A DNA stretch of 64,000 nt from an uncultured Candidatus Bathyarchaeia archaeon (GCA_964501075.1 CAZCRE010000001.1:10778-74777), one strand, 5' to 3'; positions 39,988-50,337 are shown, numbered from the stretch's first letter. Program-made: numbers and translations. The notes: generated from the letters alone by a model not told the origin.

Positions 39988-41310
39988 TCATTTTTGAAGA
40001 ATGTGAATTTTCCTGCCGATCTTATGTCTTTTCTCGATATCAACAAAACACGACATCCCAATCAAGCTTCCAGCTAACCGATTTCCTTCGGCAAAAAAGT
40101 CCTTCTTAAAGGGAGAAACTGTCTTGAAGCCTAGACATCTAGCTCTTTCCTCAATGTTCAAAGTAATGAATTCTCCGCTGCGTGTCCTAATGTAAGGTGC
40201 CACAAAAACCAGTCTACCTCCACGCTTCAAAACCTTGTACGATTCCTCTAGAAAATCAAAATATAATGGCTTCAATTCATCGACTATCCCACTCGCGTGA
40301 CTTACAGTCGGAACATGGCGTAAGGCCGGTCCCAAATCAGGTTCAGTTGCGACGCAATCAACTGTCTCCTTACCTATTTGTTTCGTCAAGTTGCGCGAAT
40401 CCCCAAACATGACTGTGTATTTTGCGTTTGCTAGGTTATACTCACTTTTTAGCCAATCAAGATTTCTGCGGGAGGCCTCGACACACCACGGATTCATATC
40501 GATCCCTATTGTCTGTGCTTTCGCCAGAACAGCTTCTTGTAAAATCGTCCCTACCCCACAAAAAGAATCCAATAAGACTTTGCCGGGGGAACATGAAGAG
40601 AGATTTACCATTATTTTAGCCAATCTTGGAGGTATTGAGAAGATCTTGCGTTGAATAGGTCTATCAATGTCCCTCTTTTGAAATTCGAAGGGATTGTGCA
40701 CAGCGATGGTGTTTGCGACTACGGTTTGTTCCTCGCCTATGCAGCATAATATCTCTGCACTCTTTTCAACCAAGCCTTTCTTCAATACCTCTACATGAGT
40801 CAGTTGCGGTAGTTTCCTGTTTTTAGGGAAACCCATGAATCTAGCTCTTATGCCGTGAGCCGCAAAATCCTTCTTGAAATGACTTCCTAAGAATCTTTGG
40901 GTTCTCTTGGAAATTCGGTGGAAAACCGGATTCTCAAAGTACAGGCTGACTCCGAATACACAGTTTCCCGCTGTCTTGAAAATTTTCTGGAAGACTAGAT
41001 CTGAGGAGAGTTTTGATTCAATCTCTATCTGAGCTTCTTTCTTCATATGAATGAAAGCTTCAGCAACAATCCGTGAAGGAATAGATGTTATGACTCTGCC
41101 GATCTTCATAAATCCTCCAAGCTCATTAATACAAGAACCTTCCAGAGATTCCTCTCCAGCGATAACAAAGTGAGACTTTGAAAGGTCTGTAATTCTGAAA
41201 TTGTATTCTCTCGCTTCAAGGAATGATGAGAGCTCCGCTAGAGAAAGCTGCCAATTCTTTCCTGGAACAAATACGTAACTAGTTATTGTGGGGTTTGACA
41301 TTTCGATCAT
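39988..41310 (-). CDS. putative RNA (guanine-N2) methyltransferase, Trm11/COG1041-like
   Basis: SAM motif LDSFCGVGTILQEA. Motif IV reads VATEPDLGP instead of the canonical DPPYG. Long N-terminal domain, possibly THUMP-like. Confidence 0.5.
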   Translation of the reverse strand: MIEMSNPTITSYVFVPGKNWQLSLAELSSFLEAREYNFRITDLSKSHFVIAGEESLEGSCINELGGFMKIGRVITSIPSRIVAEAFIHMKKEAQIEIESKLSSDLVFQKIFKTAGNCVFGVSLYFENPVFHRISKRTQRFLGSHFKKDFAAHGIRARFMGFPKNRKLPQLTHVEVLKKGLVEKSAEILCCIGEEQTVVANTIAVHNPFEFQKRDIDRPIQRKIFSIPPRLAKIMVNLSSCSPGKVLLDSFCGVGTILQEAVLAKAQTIGIDMNPWCVEASRRNLDWLKSEYNLANAKYTVMFGDSRNLTKQIGKETVDCVATEPDLGPALRHVPTVSHASGIVDELKPLYFDFLEESYKVLKRGGRLVFVAPYIRTRSGEFITLNIEERARCLGFKTVSPFKKDFFAEGNRLAGSLIGMSCFVDIEKRHKIGRKIHILQK

Positions 41311-41548
41311 ACAGAACTACGCTTTGGCTGTCATGTGAGTGGCAATTGCTAGTATTCTGGTCCGATATTTTAGCATTCCAGTAGATCAAGACAGTTGGTT
41401 CGCTTGGATTGTTGCACTAGGCAATTTGTTGATTCTGAATATGTATTATCGAATCAAAAAGCAAATCAGTCATTCCGAAATTATGGTTAAGTTTGCTCCT
41501 AGAATGTTTAAATAGAACGGCATTGGTATGCTGAAGGGGAATTGTTGC

Positions 41549-42067
41549 ATGCACGCAAAGAATTACAGAGCTGTTAAAGGTCAATCATACACGAGAAAAG
41601 AGTTTGCAAAAGGTTTTCCAGCTTCTAAAATAACGAAATTCACAATGGGCGACACCAAGTTACACTTTGAATATGAAGTTAAGCTTATTGCTTTAGAGCA
41701 AGCTCAGATTCGCCATGTCGCATTAGAAGCCGCCCGTATAGCAGCAAATCGTATTGTGATAGACAAACTTGTGAATAACTATCGTTTGGATGTTCTGCCT
41801 TTCCCACATGTAATTCTCAGGGAGAACAAGATGATATTCGGTGCTCATGCGGACCGTCTTCAACAAGGCATGCGTGGTTCGTTTGGGAAACCTGTTGGAA
41901 CAGCAGCTCGCGTGAAGCCAAATCAAACGATAATAACAATTCACGTGAATAAGGAAGGCGTTGAAACAGCAAAAGAAGCTCTGAAACGAGGATCTGCCAA
42001 ACTTCCGATTCCCTGCAGGGTCACCATCGATAAACTGCAAAAGGAAGAGGCGAATTTAGTTGGCTGA
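41549..42067 (+). CDS. rpl10e: 50S ribosomal protein L10e (uL16)
   Basis: MHAKNYRAVKGQSYTRKEFAKGFPASKITKFTMGD. The ATG at 41549 is preferred over the upstream ORF start at 41528. Confidence 0.9.
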   Translation: MHAKNYRAVKGQSYTRKEFAKGFPASKITKFTMGDTKLHFEYEVKLIALEQAQIRHVALEAARIAANRIVIDKLVNNYRLDVLPFPHVILRENKMIFGAHADRLQQGMRGSFGKPVGTAARVKPNQTIITIHVNKEGVETAKEALKRGSAKLPIPCRVTIDKLQKEEANLVG

Positions 42068-44534
42068 AATGCGAGAAGATCTAGTTTTATGGTTTGAGAA
42101 TTTGAGGAAGACAGACATCCCGTCTGTCGGTGGCAAAAACGCCAATTTGGGCGAGTTAACAAATGCTGGCATACATGTTCCACCTGGCTTCGCCATAACT
42201 GCTTTTTCGTACAAGAGATTCATACAAGAGACTGGAATATCTTCAAAAATCTATGAAATCATAAAAGACACAATCACCAACCCGAATGAGCCAAAGCTTT
42301 ACGAAACTGCCTCTAAGAAGATTCGAGAGTTGATTGAGGCAACACCAATGCCGAAAGACATTGAAAACGCTATTAGATCTACATACGAAGAACTTTGCAG
42401 AAAACTTGGCATACAAGATGTCTTTGTTGCTGTAAGATCTAGTGCGACTGCTGAAGACTTGGCTGATGCGTCCTTCGCTGGGCAGCAGGAGACTTTTCTG
42501 AATGTTAGAGGTGTAGCTGAGGTTTTGGAGACAACTGTGAAGTGCTGGTCAAGTCTCTTTACGCCACGAGCTATTTTTTACCGCACCGAAAAAGGATTCG
42601 TTCATGAGAAGGTCTTCATAAGTGTCGGCGTTCAGAAAATGGTAAATTCCCGAGCTGCGGGTGTCATGTTTACTATAAACCCTGTTTCTGGCGATAATAG
42701 CCAGATTATCATTGAAGGTAATTATGGGTTGGGTGAAGCTGTTGTTTCAGGTGCGGTTACACCTGACAATTTTGTTGTTAGTAAGAAGACCATGAGTATT
42801 GTTGAGAGGCGCTTGGCCAAGAAAACGTTACAGTATATTCGTGACCCAAACACGGGCAAGACAGTGCATCTGGGGGTTCCTGTCGATAGGCAAGATCAAC
42901 CTTGCATAAGCGATGAGGAAATAATCCATCTTGCAGAACTGGCCAAGCGGATTGAACAGCACTATGGGCAGCCTCAAGACATCGAGTGGGCGATTGATAG
43001 GGATGTACCCTTTCCTAGTAACATGTTCATAGTGCAGTCGCGGCCTGAAACTGTTTGGGCGCAGAAGACTCCGGAAGCAATATTGAGAGGTGAGAGTGAA
43101 AAGTTGAAATCAACTGAAGAGTTAAAAGTCGTTGTTAGGGGAATTGCAGCTGGGAAAAGAGGTTTTGGCGTAGGCAAAGCAAAAATCGTGACAGATCCTG
43201 AAGAAGCTGCAAAAGTGATGCGAAAAGGCGACATACTGGTTACAGCCATGACTAACCCAGACTATGTGCCCTTCATGAAGCTCGCAGGAGCTATAGTAAC
43301 CGACAAGGGTGGTGTAACATGTCACGCAGCTATTGTCAGCCGCGAACTGGGCATTCCATGCGTTGTCGGTACCGAAAACGGAACGAAGCTCATGATCACT
43401 GGAGAGGAATACACAGTCGATTCTAGAAGTGGCATTGTCTACGAAGGCGTGCTGTCAACTTTGACGGAGCAACTTTCGTCTGCAGCCGGAGCAGTGGCAG
43501 GCTCCGCGGTTAATGGTGGCGTTTTCCAGTCAGTCCCTGTGACAGCGACCAAGATCTACATGAATTTGGGCGTGCCTGAAAAGGTCGAAGAATACAAGAA
43601 CCTGCCATTCGAAGGAATAGGACTGATGCGTACTGAATTTATCCTAGCCAGCTACATAGGCGAGCACCCGATGTTGTTTGTGGAGACGAATCAAGGGCAA
43701 AGGTTCGTAGATAAGCTTGCAGATGGAATAGCTACTGTTGCTAGAGCAGTGCAGCCTCGTCCAGTTGTAGTGCGTTTCAGCGATTTCAAGACAAACGAAT
43801 ATAGAGAGTTGAAAGGCGGCGAAAAATACGAGATAGTCGAAGCCAATCCGATGCTTGGATGGCGAGGATGCAGCCGCTACATAAGCCAATGGTATGAAAA
43901 GGCATTCAGACTTGAATGTCAAGCCATCCAAAAGTGCCGTAGGGAGTGGGGTCTCAAAAACGTGTGGGTAATGCTCCCTGTCGTACGCACACTGTGGGAA
44001 GCAGAGAAAGTCTTAAAGATCATGCAGGAAGAAGGCTTGGAAAGGTCGCGGGACTTCAAGATATGGTTCATGGCGGAAACGCCTTCAATTGCCATACTTG
44101 CAGACGAGTTTTCCAAGCTTTGTGACGGTTTTTCAATAGGTTCGAACGACATGACCCAAGGAATACTCATGATTGACAGAGACTCGGAGCGGCTGGGGCA
44201 GATGGGTTATTTCGACGAAAGAGATCCTGCTGTGAAGAGAATACTCGCTCACCTGATTAACGTGGCTCATGAGCATGGATGTACTGTCTCGATTTGTGGA
44301 GAAGGCCCTTCAAATCTCCCGGACTTTGCTGAGTTTCTAGTGAAAGCAGGAATAGACAGCATCTCAGTGAATAACGACGCTGTTGTTTCCACAAAGAAGC
44401 TCGTTGCAAGCATTGAACGAAAAATAATGCTGGAGGAACTTGCAGAACAAAGAGAAAGATCGCTCGGGCGAGTCAACAGGAAGCCAAGAGAAGACTGGGA
44501 ATGGACACCTAGGTGGAGCGGCACAGAAGAGTAA
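42060..44534 (+). CDS. ppsA: phosphoenolpyruvate synthase (pyruvate, water dikinase)
   Basis: ATP-grasp N-terminus (VGGKNANLGEL), phosphohistidine swivel GGVTCHAAIVSRELGIPCVVG and a PEP-utilising TIM domain. The likely start is the ATG at 42069. Confidence 0.92.
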   Translation: MAEMREDLVLWFENLRKTDIPSVGGKNANLGELTNAGIHVPPGFAITAFSYKRFIQETGISSKIYEIIKDTITNPNEPKLYETASKKIRELIEATPMPKDIENAIRSTYEELCRKLGIQDVFVAVRSSATAEDLADASFAGQQETFLNVRGVAEVLETTVKCWSSLFTPRAIFYRTEKGFVHEKVFISVGVQKMVNSRAAGVMFTINPVSGDNSQIIIEGNYGLGEAVVSGAVTPDNFVVSKKTMSIVERRLAKKTLQYIRDPNTGKTVHLGVPVDRQDQPCISDEEIIHLAELAKRIEQHYGQPQDIEWAIDRDVPFPSNMFIVQSRPETVWAQKTPEAILRGESEKLKSTEELKVVVRGIAAGKRGFGVGKAKIVTDPEEAAKVMRKGDILVTAMTNPDYVPFMKLAGAIVTDKGGVTCHAAIVSRELGIPCVVGTENGTKLMITGEEYTVDSRSGIVYEGVLSTLTEQLSSAAGAVAGSAVNGGVFQSVPVTATKIYMNLGVPEKVEEYKNLPFEGIGLMRTEFILASYIGEHPMLFVETNQGQRFVDKLADGIATVARAVQPRPVVVRFSDFKTNEYRELKGGEKYEIVEANPMLGWRGCSRYISQWYEKAFRLECQAIQKCRREWGLKNVWVMLPVVRTLWEAEKVLKIMQEEGLERSRDFKIWFMAETPSIAILADEFSKLCDGFSIGSNDMTQGILMIDRDSERLGQMGYFDERDPAVKRILAHLINVAHEHGCTVSICGEGPSNLPDFAEFLVKAGIDSISVNNDAVVSTKKLVASIERKIMLEELAEQRERSLGRVNRKPREDWEWTPRWSGTEE

Positions 44535-44547
44535 CACGCCTACTTTT

Positions 44548-45600
44548 GTGAACATTAAAGAAAAACGCTTGAAACCAGACTTCTTTGGTCGTGCAAAAGT
44601 GAAAATATTCGATTTCGAGGAAGAAAGAATCAAACAGGAAATTCTCAGACTTGGCGCCAAACGAGTTTTGGTCCAACTTCCAGAGGGACTGAAACCTGAA
44701 GCTCAACACTTGGCAAACACAATCGAGAAAACAGGTGCTATTCCCATGTTCTCAGCAGATCCGTGCTATGGCGCATGTGATCTTGTGACATCAGAAGCTG
44801 AAAGTCTAAATGCAGATCTGATAATCCATTATGGGCACTCAAAACTGTCAAAGCATGAGCGAGTCCCAACGGTATACGTGGAGGCAAGAGCAACTCTGCC
44901 AGTGGACGACGCAGTCGCAAAAGCCATACCCTTGCTTGAAAAATGGCGCAAAATCGGTTTAGCGACGACAGTTCAACATGTGCAAACTCTTGATAATGTT
45001 AGAGAGCTTCTGCTAAGAGCAGGCAAAATGGTTGTGATAGGCGATGCTGGACGCTTGGAATATCCCGGACAAGTTATAGGCTGCGATTATAGTAACGCAA
45101 GGTCAGTGGCAAAGGACGTTGAAGCCTTTCTTTTTGTCGGTGGCGGAAGGTTTCATGCTGTTGGCGTAGCCCTTTCAACCTCGAAACCGACGATAGTTGC
45201 TGATCCTTATGATAATTCCGCTTTTTCAGTTGATGAAGAAGCTGAGAAAATCGTCAAACAGCGGTGGGCAATCATTGAAGAGGCTAGAAAAGCAAAGACC
45301 TTCGCTATTCTGGTTGGGTTGAAGCCGGGGCAAATGAGACTGGAACAGGCTTTACAAGTCAAAGAGAAGTTAGAAGGAAACGGGAAGAAGGCACTTCTGC
45401 TCGCTGTCCGGGAAGTAGCGCCAGACCGGATCTTGCAGTTTCCTTCAATAGACGCGTATGTGAACACGGCGTGTCCAAGAGTGGCAGTTGATGATGCTTC
45501 ATGCTTTAGGAAGCCGCTCCTGAGTGTCCGCGAAATGTCAGTGGTTGTTGACGAATTATCTTGGGAAGATTTTTGCAGAAAAGGCTTGTTAGAAAACTAG
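44548..45600 (+). CDS. dph2: diphthamide synthesis protein Dph2 (2-(3-amino-3-carboxypropyl)histidine synthase)
   Basis: RVLVQLPEGLK...ADPCYGACD pattern. The in-frame GTG at 44548 removes the overlap with ppsA implied by the track ORF (44440). Confidence 0.8.
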   Translation: MNIKEKRLKPDFFGRAKVKIFDFEEERIKQEILRLGAKRVLVQLPEGLKPEAQHLANTIEKTGAIPMFSADPCYGACDLVTSEAESLNADLIIHYGHSKLSKHERVPTVYVEARATLPVDDAVAKAIPLLEKWRKIGLATTVQHVQTLDNVRELLLRAGKMVVIGDAGRLEYPGQVIGCDYSNARSVAKDVEAFLFVGGGRFHAVGVALSTSKPTIVADPYDNSAFSVDEEAEKIVKQRWAIIEEARKAKTFAILVGLKPGQMRLEQALQVKEKLEGNGKKALLLAVREVAPDRILQFPSIDAYVNTACPRVAVDDASCFRKPLLSVREMSVVVDELSWEDFCRKGLLEN

Positions 45601-46280
45601 ACTTGGAAAGGTTGCTTTCGCAAGCCAAGCCGCATCCGACGCCAAGCCCTGACCTCGAGCAATACACGATTCCCTCAGACGTTGCAGCTATGATGCTTTA
45701 TGTCGCCGCTTATACTTACGGAGATATAGTTGGCAAGTCTGTTCTAGATTTGGGGTGTGGTACAGGAAGACTGGCTTTGGGCGCAGCCTTCTTGGGTGCA
45801 AAGCAAGTTGTGGGCGTGGACTTGGACAAAGCAGCGGTGAGAGTCGCTGTTGGCAATTCAATCAGAACAGGGTTAAGAGGAAAAGTGCAGTGGGTTGCAG
45901 CTGATATAGATGTTGTATGTGGGCAGTTTGATACGGCTCTGCAGAACCCGCCCTATGGTGTACAAGTGCGAAGAGCCGACAGAAAGTTTCTGGAGAAAGC
46001 AATGGCAACGAGTAACGTTGCTTATTCGCTTCACAAGAGCACTTGCGATGGCAAGGTTGTTCGTGGGAAGTCAGGAGCAAACATCTCTGGAATTGTGTCG
46101 GCTGCTCCTTCTCCTTTCATAGAGAAGTTCGTTGAGGAACATGGTGGGAGTGTAAGAGCGGTTTATGCTATGATTATGACTATTCCACACATGTTCAGCT
46201 TTCACACAAAAAGGAAGCATGAATTTATCGTTGATTTGTGTGTTATTGACACGAATCGGAGCAAAGCCTCTGGAACGTGA
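45561..46280 (+). CDS. METTL5/COG2263-like SAM-dependent RNA methyltransferase
   Basis: LEQYTIP, VLDLGCGTGRLALGA and QNPPYG motifs. The start is uncertain (TTG at 45561, 45573 or 45603). Confidence 0.7.
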   Translation: MGRFLQKRLVRKLDLERLLSQAKPHPTPSPDLEQYTIPSDVAAMMLYVAAYTYGDIVGKSVLDLGCGTGRLALGAAFLGAKQVVGVDLDKAAVRVAVGNSIRTGLRGKVQWVAADIDVVCGQFDTALQNPPYGVQVRRADRKFLEKAMATSNVAYSLHKSTCDGKVVRGKSGANISGIVSAAPSPFIEKFVEEHGGSVRAVYAMIMTIPHMFSFHTKRKHEFIVDLCVIDTNRSKASGT

Positions 46281-46412
46281 TTGCAGAGCGAATCAAAAGG
46301 TTTATTCAGAAGCATGGAGGACTACATCTACGTCGATTTGGCAAATGCTTGGACTCATGTTGTGTGAGGATCAAAGCACACCTATCTGCAAAAACGCGAA
46401 AAGGGAACACGT

Positions 46413-46994
46413 ATGAACTCAAAATCAACCGAACAAAAAACTGGCCAGCTAGTGCTACCGGGTGAACGATTGGGCGTGATTGAAGAATTCACGCCTGACA
46501 CGGGTACTTTCGTAAAAGATGGAGTAATCTACGCCATGGTTGTTGGTCGCGCGCTTCGAGACCTTGCAAGCCGCCGCGTCTCAGTTTATCCTGTTGTTCA
46601 CGAAATCAGAGTTCCGAAAGTCGGAAGCACAGTGGTTGGACAAGTTTCAAACGTTCAATCGGAAAATGCAGCCGTACGCATATTTCAGATCGGTGGCAAG
46701 TTGCTTTCAGGAGTGTTTACAGGTGTACTTCACATTTCCGATGTCCATCTGCGATATGTTGACTCGATGTTCAGCGTTTGCAAGGCAGGTGATATAATAC
46801 GCGCCAAGGTTATTAGCTTAATGAATCAAGTTTATCACTTATCTACTAAGGATAAGGATTTAGGCGTGATCTATGCGTTCTGTTCGCATTGTGGGGGCAG
46901 TTTGGTTTCAAAAAGGCAGGGCATGTCCTGTCCTCGGTGCGGGAATATTGAGGAAAGAAAAATAGTTTTTGATTATGGGAAAGAACTGGTTTAG
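46413..46994 (+). CDS. csl4: exosome complex RNA-binding subunit Csl4
   Basis: VLPGERLGVIEEF N-terminus, an S1-like core (GVLHISDV) and a C-terminal zinc ribbon CSHCGG...CPRCG. Confidence 0.85.
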   Translation: MNSKSTEQKTGQLVLPGERLGVIEEFTPDTGTFVKDGVIYAMVVGRALRDLASRRVSVYPVVHEIRVPKVGSTVVGQVSNVQSENAAVRIFQIGGKLLSGVFTGVLHISDVHLRYVDSMFSVCKAGDIIRAKVISLMNQVYHLSTKDKDLGVIYAFCSHCGGSLVSKRQGMSCPRCGNIEERKIVFDYGKELV

Positions 46995-47012
46995 CACAAA
47001 TGGGGGATTTAG

Positions 47013-47297
47013 GTGAAAGCACGAGTGTTGAAGAGAACGCCGAATGAGCTTAAACTTGAAATCGAAGGTGTAGGACACACTCTGTGTAATCTGTTACAGA
47101 AGAAATTTTCGGAAGAGGAAAACGTGGAAATGGCCGGCTACGACGTTCCACACCCAATGACTTCAAAGGCTATAGTTTATGTTCGCGCAAAAGGAAACGC
47201 AAAACCAGAGGAAATCCTGAAGCATGCTGTCGCAAGAACCCGCGAATTGAACAAGGAATTTGGAAAAGAACTCAAAAAAGCCCTCAAGAAAGCGTGA
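47013..47297 (+). CDS. rpoL: DNA-directed RNA polymerase subunit L (Rpo11)
   Basis: LKLEIEGVGHTLCNLLQKKF...AGYDVPHPM. GTG start; conserved position after csl4. Confidence 0.85.
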   Translation: MKARVLKRTPNELKLEIEGVGHTLCNLLQKKFSEEENVEMAGYDVPHPMTSKAIVYVRAKGNAKPEEILKHAVARTRELNKEFGKELKKALKKA

Positions 47298-47712
47298 TTC
47301 TGCTCTTTATTCGTTCAAGCAACTGCCTTAAGCCTTCAACTGGGTCTTCACTTCTCATAAGCATTCTCACGCTTTCGTCCAGCGTAACACACTCATTCAG
47401 CCACGAATAAACCAGCAGCGCTTCGGCTGCATCAGCTAGATCATGGCAGCTCATACTAGACGAAACATGTTCTCTCAACCCTGCTCTTCTAAGCGCCTCA
47501 GCAAGTATGCTGCCTTTGACCTTGACTCCTATAGGTTTCTTATTTTTTTGTGATAACGTTAACGAATAAACGAAGTTTATGTACGTGTCTCCGAGAGATG
47601 CGAGTTTATGGTCTTCTAGCACTTCGGTCAGGCTTTTGTATGGTACTAGGAAAGAACTAGCGTTTATGGTCTTCTTCAATGGTGGACGCCTCTGCTTTGC
47701 TGTCTTATTCAC
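47284..47712 (-). CDS. RNase III-like domain protein (mini-RNase III-like)
   Basis: EDHKLASLGDTYINFVY and HDLADAAEALLVYSWL resemble the two RNase III signature helices; 142 aa. Confidence 0.45.
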   Translation of the reverse strand: MNKTAKQRRPPLKKTINASSFLVPYKSLTEVLEDHKLASLGDTYINFVYSLTLSQKNKKPIGVKVKGSILAEALRRAGLREHVSSSMSCHDLADAAEALLVYSWLNECVTLDESVRMLMRSEDPVEGLRQLLERIKSRITLS

Positions 47713-47722
47713 ATACTAGCTG

Positions 47723-48367
47723 TTAAAACTTGGGAATAAAACGCCCAGTTCTTCTTTGATATTCTCTGTATTCGTCGCCGAAACGTTGCTCCAAGAGTTT
47801 CTCTTCTTGGACAGTAACTTTGATGTACCCTGGAATGGCGGCTAATGGTATGAGCGTGACTATGTTTGGCCATAGGGTTATGAATCCAAGGAACATTAGG
47901 AAGTAGCCGAAATAGGACGGATGACGCACATAGCGGTATGGTCCCCAAGTGACAAGCCTATGGTTACCTCGCATTTCCCACGAAGTCGCGTATCTCCCGC
48001 GAGCAATCACGCTCCAGATGAACAGAGAATAGCCCATACCTGTCATTGCTAGACCCAGAACCTGCACGTAGATTAAGAAGGGAAGCTGAATGCTTAATGG
48101 CAAAACTTCTGGCGAAGAGACAATGTTGCTCAACATGACAAAAACATAGAAACAGACTTCAACGAAGTACAGTAGCGTTCCAAGAGCAGCTATGCTCACA
48201 ATGAAACCGGAAGGGTCTTCAACCTCTGCGTATGGTTCCTCTTGGCCATTGTGTCTATGCGCTTTCAGAATGTTGAGCAAGTTTACTGAAAAGAAGCACC
48301 CCAAGCAGATTGTGAGAAAACTGGTGATCAAGACTTCAAGAGGCATGATGTCAACTGGTTCGTGCAT
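47723..48367 (-). CDS. isoprenylcysteine carboxyl/phospholipid methyltransferase-family membrane protein
   Basis: Multi-TM protein with LVTWGPYRYVRHPSYFGYFLMFLG, the ICMT/PEMT signature. Confidence 0.75.
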   Translation of the reverse strand: MHEPVDIMPLEVLITSFLTICLGCFFSVNLLNILKAHRHNGQEEPYAEVEDPSGFIVSIAALGTLLYFVEVCFYVFVMLSNIVSSPEVLPLSIQLPFLIYVQVLGLAMTGMGYSLFIWSVIARGRYATSWEMRGNHRLVTWGPYRYVRHPSYFGYFLMFLGFITLWPNIVTLIPLAAIPGYIKVTVQEEKLLEQRFGDEYREYQRRTGRFIPKF

Positions 48368-48391
48368 CCATTTATAAGTCTATAGAAGCCC

Positions 48392-49015
48392 ATGTTCAGT
48401 GAAGACTTTGAGGGTTCTTACTTGTCCTGCAAAAGGTTTCGCGTAATAAAGCCCGAAATTCGGGTTTTAGGAGTTGATGATGGATTCTTCATTCCTCATT
48501 CAAGGAGTTTTGCGCCTATCGTCGGCGTTGTTTTCCGTGGCGGATACTGGCTTGACGGTGTGATGCACACAAGAGTAGAAGTGGACGGACTAGATGCCAC
48601 GGACAAGATAGCTTCTATGATTATTAACTCACCCCACAACAAGCAGCTGAGAGTCATAATGCTCAACGGCGTGACTTTTGCGGGCTTCAATGTCGTTGAC
48701 ATTAGAGACCTCAATTTGAAAACAAAACTTCCTGTCATAGCCGTGGTACGTGAAAAGCCCGACTTTTCAGAAATCTACAGCGCGCTGAAAAACCTGCCGA
48801 AAAGCGAAGAGCGGTGGGAGGTCATCAAAGGCACTGGGAAACCGTTCATGGTAAATACGCGAAGTAGGCGTGCTAAAGTCTATGTGCAAGCTTGCGGCAT
48901 CTTCGAGGACGATGCGCGGAAAATCGTGAAGGCGACTTCTACTCGAAGCGACATTCCCGAACCGTTACGTGTGGCACACTTGATTGCGTCTGGAGTGAGC
49001 ACCGAGGCTGTTTAG
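48392..49015 (+). CDS. UPF0215/DUF99 family protein
   Basis: RVLGVDDGFF...VGVVFRGGYWLDGV...VDGLDAT...IMLNGVTFAGFNVVD pattern. Confidence 0.7.
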   Translation: MFSEDFEGSYLSCKRFRVIKPEIRVLGVDDGFFIPHSRSFAPIVGVVFRGGYWLDGVMHTRVEVDGLDATDKIASMIINSPHNKQLRVIMLNGVTFAGFNVVDIRDLNLKTKLPVIAVVREKPDFSEIYSALKNLPKSEERWEVIKGTGKPFMVNTRSRRAKVYVQACGIFEDDARKIVKATSTRSDIPEPLRVAHLIASGVSTEAV

Positions 49016-49094
49016 CTTTGGCCTTTATGTCAACAAGAAAAGGTTTAAAAGACACTATGCCAAGGAAAAACAAACGACAACGGAGCAATAACTT

Positions 49095-49445
49095 ATGGAA
49101 TTTTGTCCAAAATGTGGTTCTCGTCTTGTACCCAAGAAAGCGAAAAACGGCAAAGATGCGACATTAGTCATGATCTGCCCGAAATGTGGCTACAAGAAGA
49201 AAGCAGCGGACAAGATTGAGCCGAAACCAATCAAAGCCGTCCAGACTAACCCACGGCAACTCGTTGCAGTAATCAGCAAAGAGGAGCAAAAGCTGAGAAC
49301 ACTGCCCACCGTAAGGATCGAGTGCCCCAAATGCGGCAACAACGTGGCCTATGTTTGGCAAGTGCAGACGAGAGGCGCCGATGAGTCTTCGACGCAGTTC
49401 TTGCGATGCACGAAGTGCAGCTACACATTCAGAGAATACTCATAG
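49095..49445 (+). CDS. tfs: transcription factor S (TFS; RNAP subunit M-like cleavage factor)
   Basis: N-terminal ribbon CPKCGS...CPKCG. C-terminal ribbon CPKCGN...QVQTRGADESSTQFLRCTKCS with the acidic DE hairpin. Its last 14 codons plus stop coincide with attL. Confidence 0.9.
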   Translation: MEFCPKCGSRLVPKKAKNGKDATLVMICPKCGYKKKAADKIEPKPIKAVQTNPRQLVAVISKEEQKLRTLPTVRIECPKCGNNVAYVWQVQTRGADESSTQFLRCTKCSYTFREYS

Positions 49446-49446
49446 A
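49403..49446 (+). repeat. attL (left direct repeat)
   Basis: gcgatgcacGaagtgcagctacacattcagagaaTactcataga; overlaps the tfs C-terminus and stop. Confidence 0.8.
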
Positions 49447-50337
49447 CTTTCAGATTTTGCTAAAGGAAATATTCTCAAGCTAGCTTTTGAGCTTAGAAAC
49501 AGGGGCTACTCTGAGTCTTACTTGAAGACTTTGATTACTGCTTTGAATCATGTCGCTTCGAGAGTCGACGTTGAAGACACTTCAGCAGTCTTAGAACTCG
49601 TGGCAAAAGCGAAATGGAGAGACAGCTACAAAGCTAACTTGTGCGATTTCTACAGTCACTACTGCAAGTTCTACAACATCGCTTTCTCTAAGCCGAGGTA
49701 CAGAAAAGATCACAAAATTCCGAGGGTGCCGAGTGAAGAGAAGATTAATCTGATAATTGGGCACGCATCGAAGAAATACGCGATAATCTACAAAATCGCT
49801 ATGGAATGCGGGCTAAGACCGGTTGAGATTGGCGATTTGACTCTGAACGACATAGATTTGGTCAAAGGAATAATCTCAGTCTGCTCTGCGAAGCATGGCA
49901 ATCCGAGGGTTCTGAAGTTGAAAGACGAGACTCATGCTATGCTGAAGAAGTACGTCGGCGAGCACAAGTTCGGCTTGAATGACAGACTGTTTCCGTCGGG
50001 GGCTGTTATCAGCAACACGTATGAGAGACTGAAAGCTTCGCTGTCTAAGAAGCTTTGCGATTCTGAGCTGAAGAAGATTCGACTCTACGACTTGCGACAC
50101 TACTATGCAACGATGCTCTACTACAAGACTAAAGACATACTTCTAGTGAAAGAAAAGCTCGGACACAGAAACATCAATAACACTCTGATTTACACGCATC
50201 TCGTAAACTTCAATGAGAATGAAGAGTTCTACAGCGCGACAGCAAAAGCAGTTGACGAAGCAGCGAAGCTCATAGAGCAGGGCTTTGACTTCGTGTGCGA
50301 CTTGGACGGAGTGAAGCTGTTCAGGAAGCGGAAGTAG
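49403..50337 (+). CDS. int: tyrosine recombinase, C-terminal catalytic fragment Int(C) of a split integrase
   Basis: Catalytic-type motifs GLRPVEI (Arg), LYDLRHYYAT (HxxR) and LGHRNINNTLIYTH (His...Tyr). The reading frame is open through attL into tfs with no credible start of its own. The track ORF start at 49351 lies inside tfs. Confidence 0.8.

Noticed and set aside
49351-49402. N-terminal 17 codons of the track's integrase ORF (MFGKCRREAPMSLRRSS...)
   Set aside because: This part lies inside tfs in another frame. The frame is open only by accident of integration; the true N-terminus is Int(N) at 55446.
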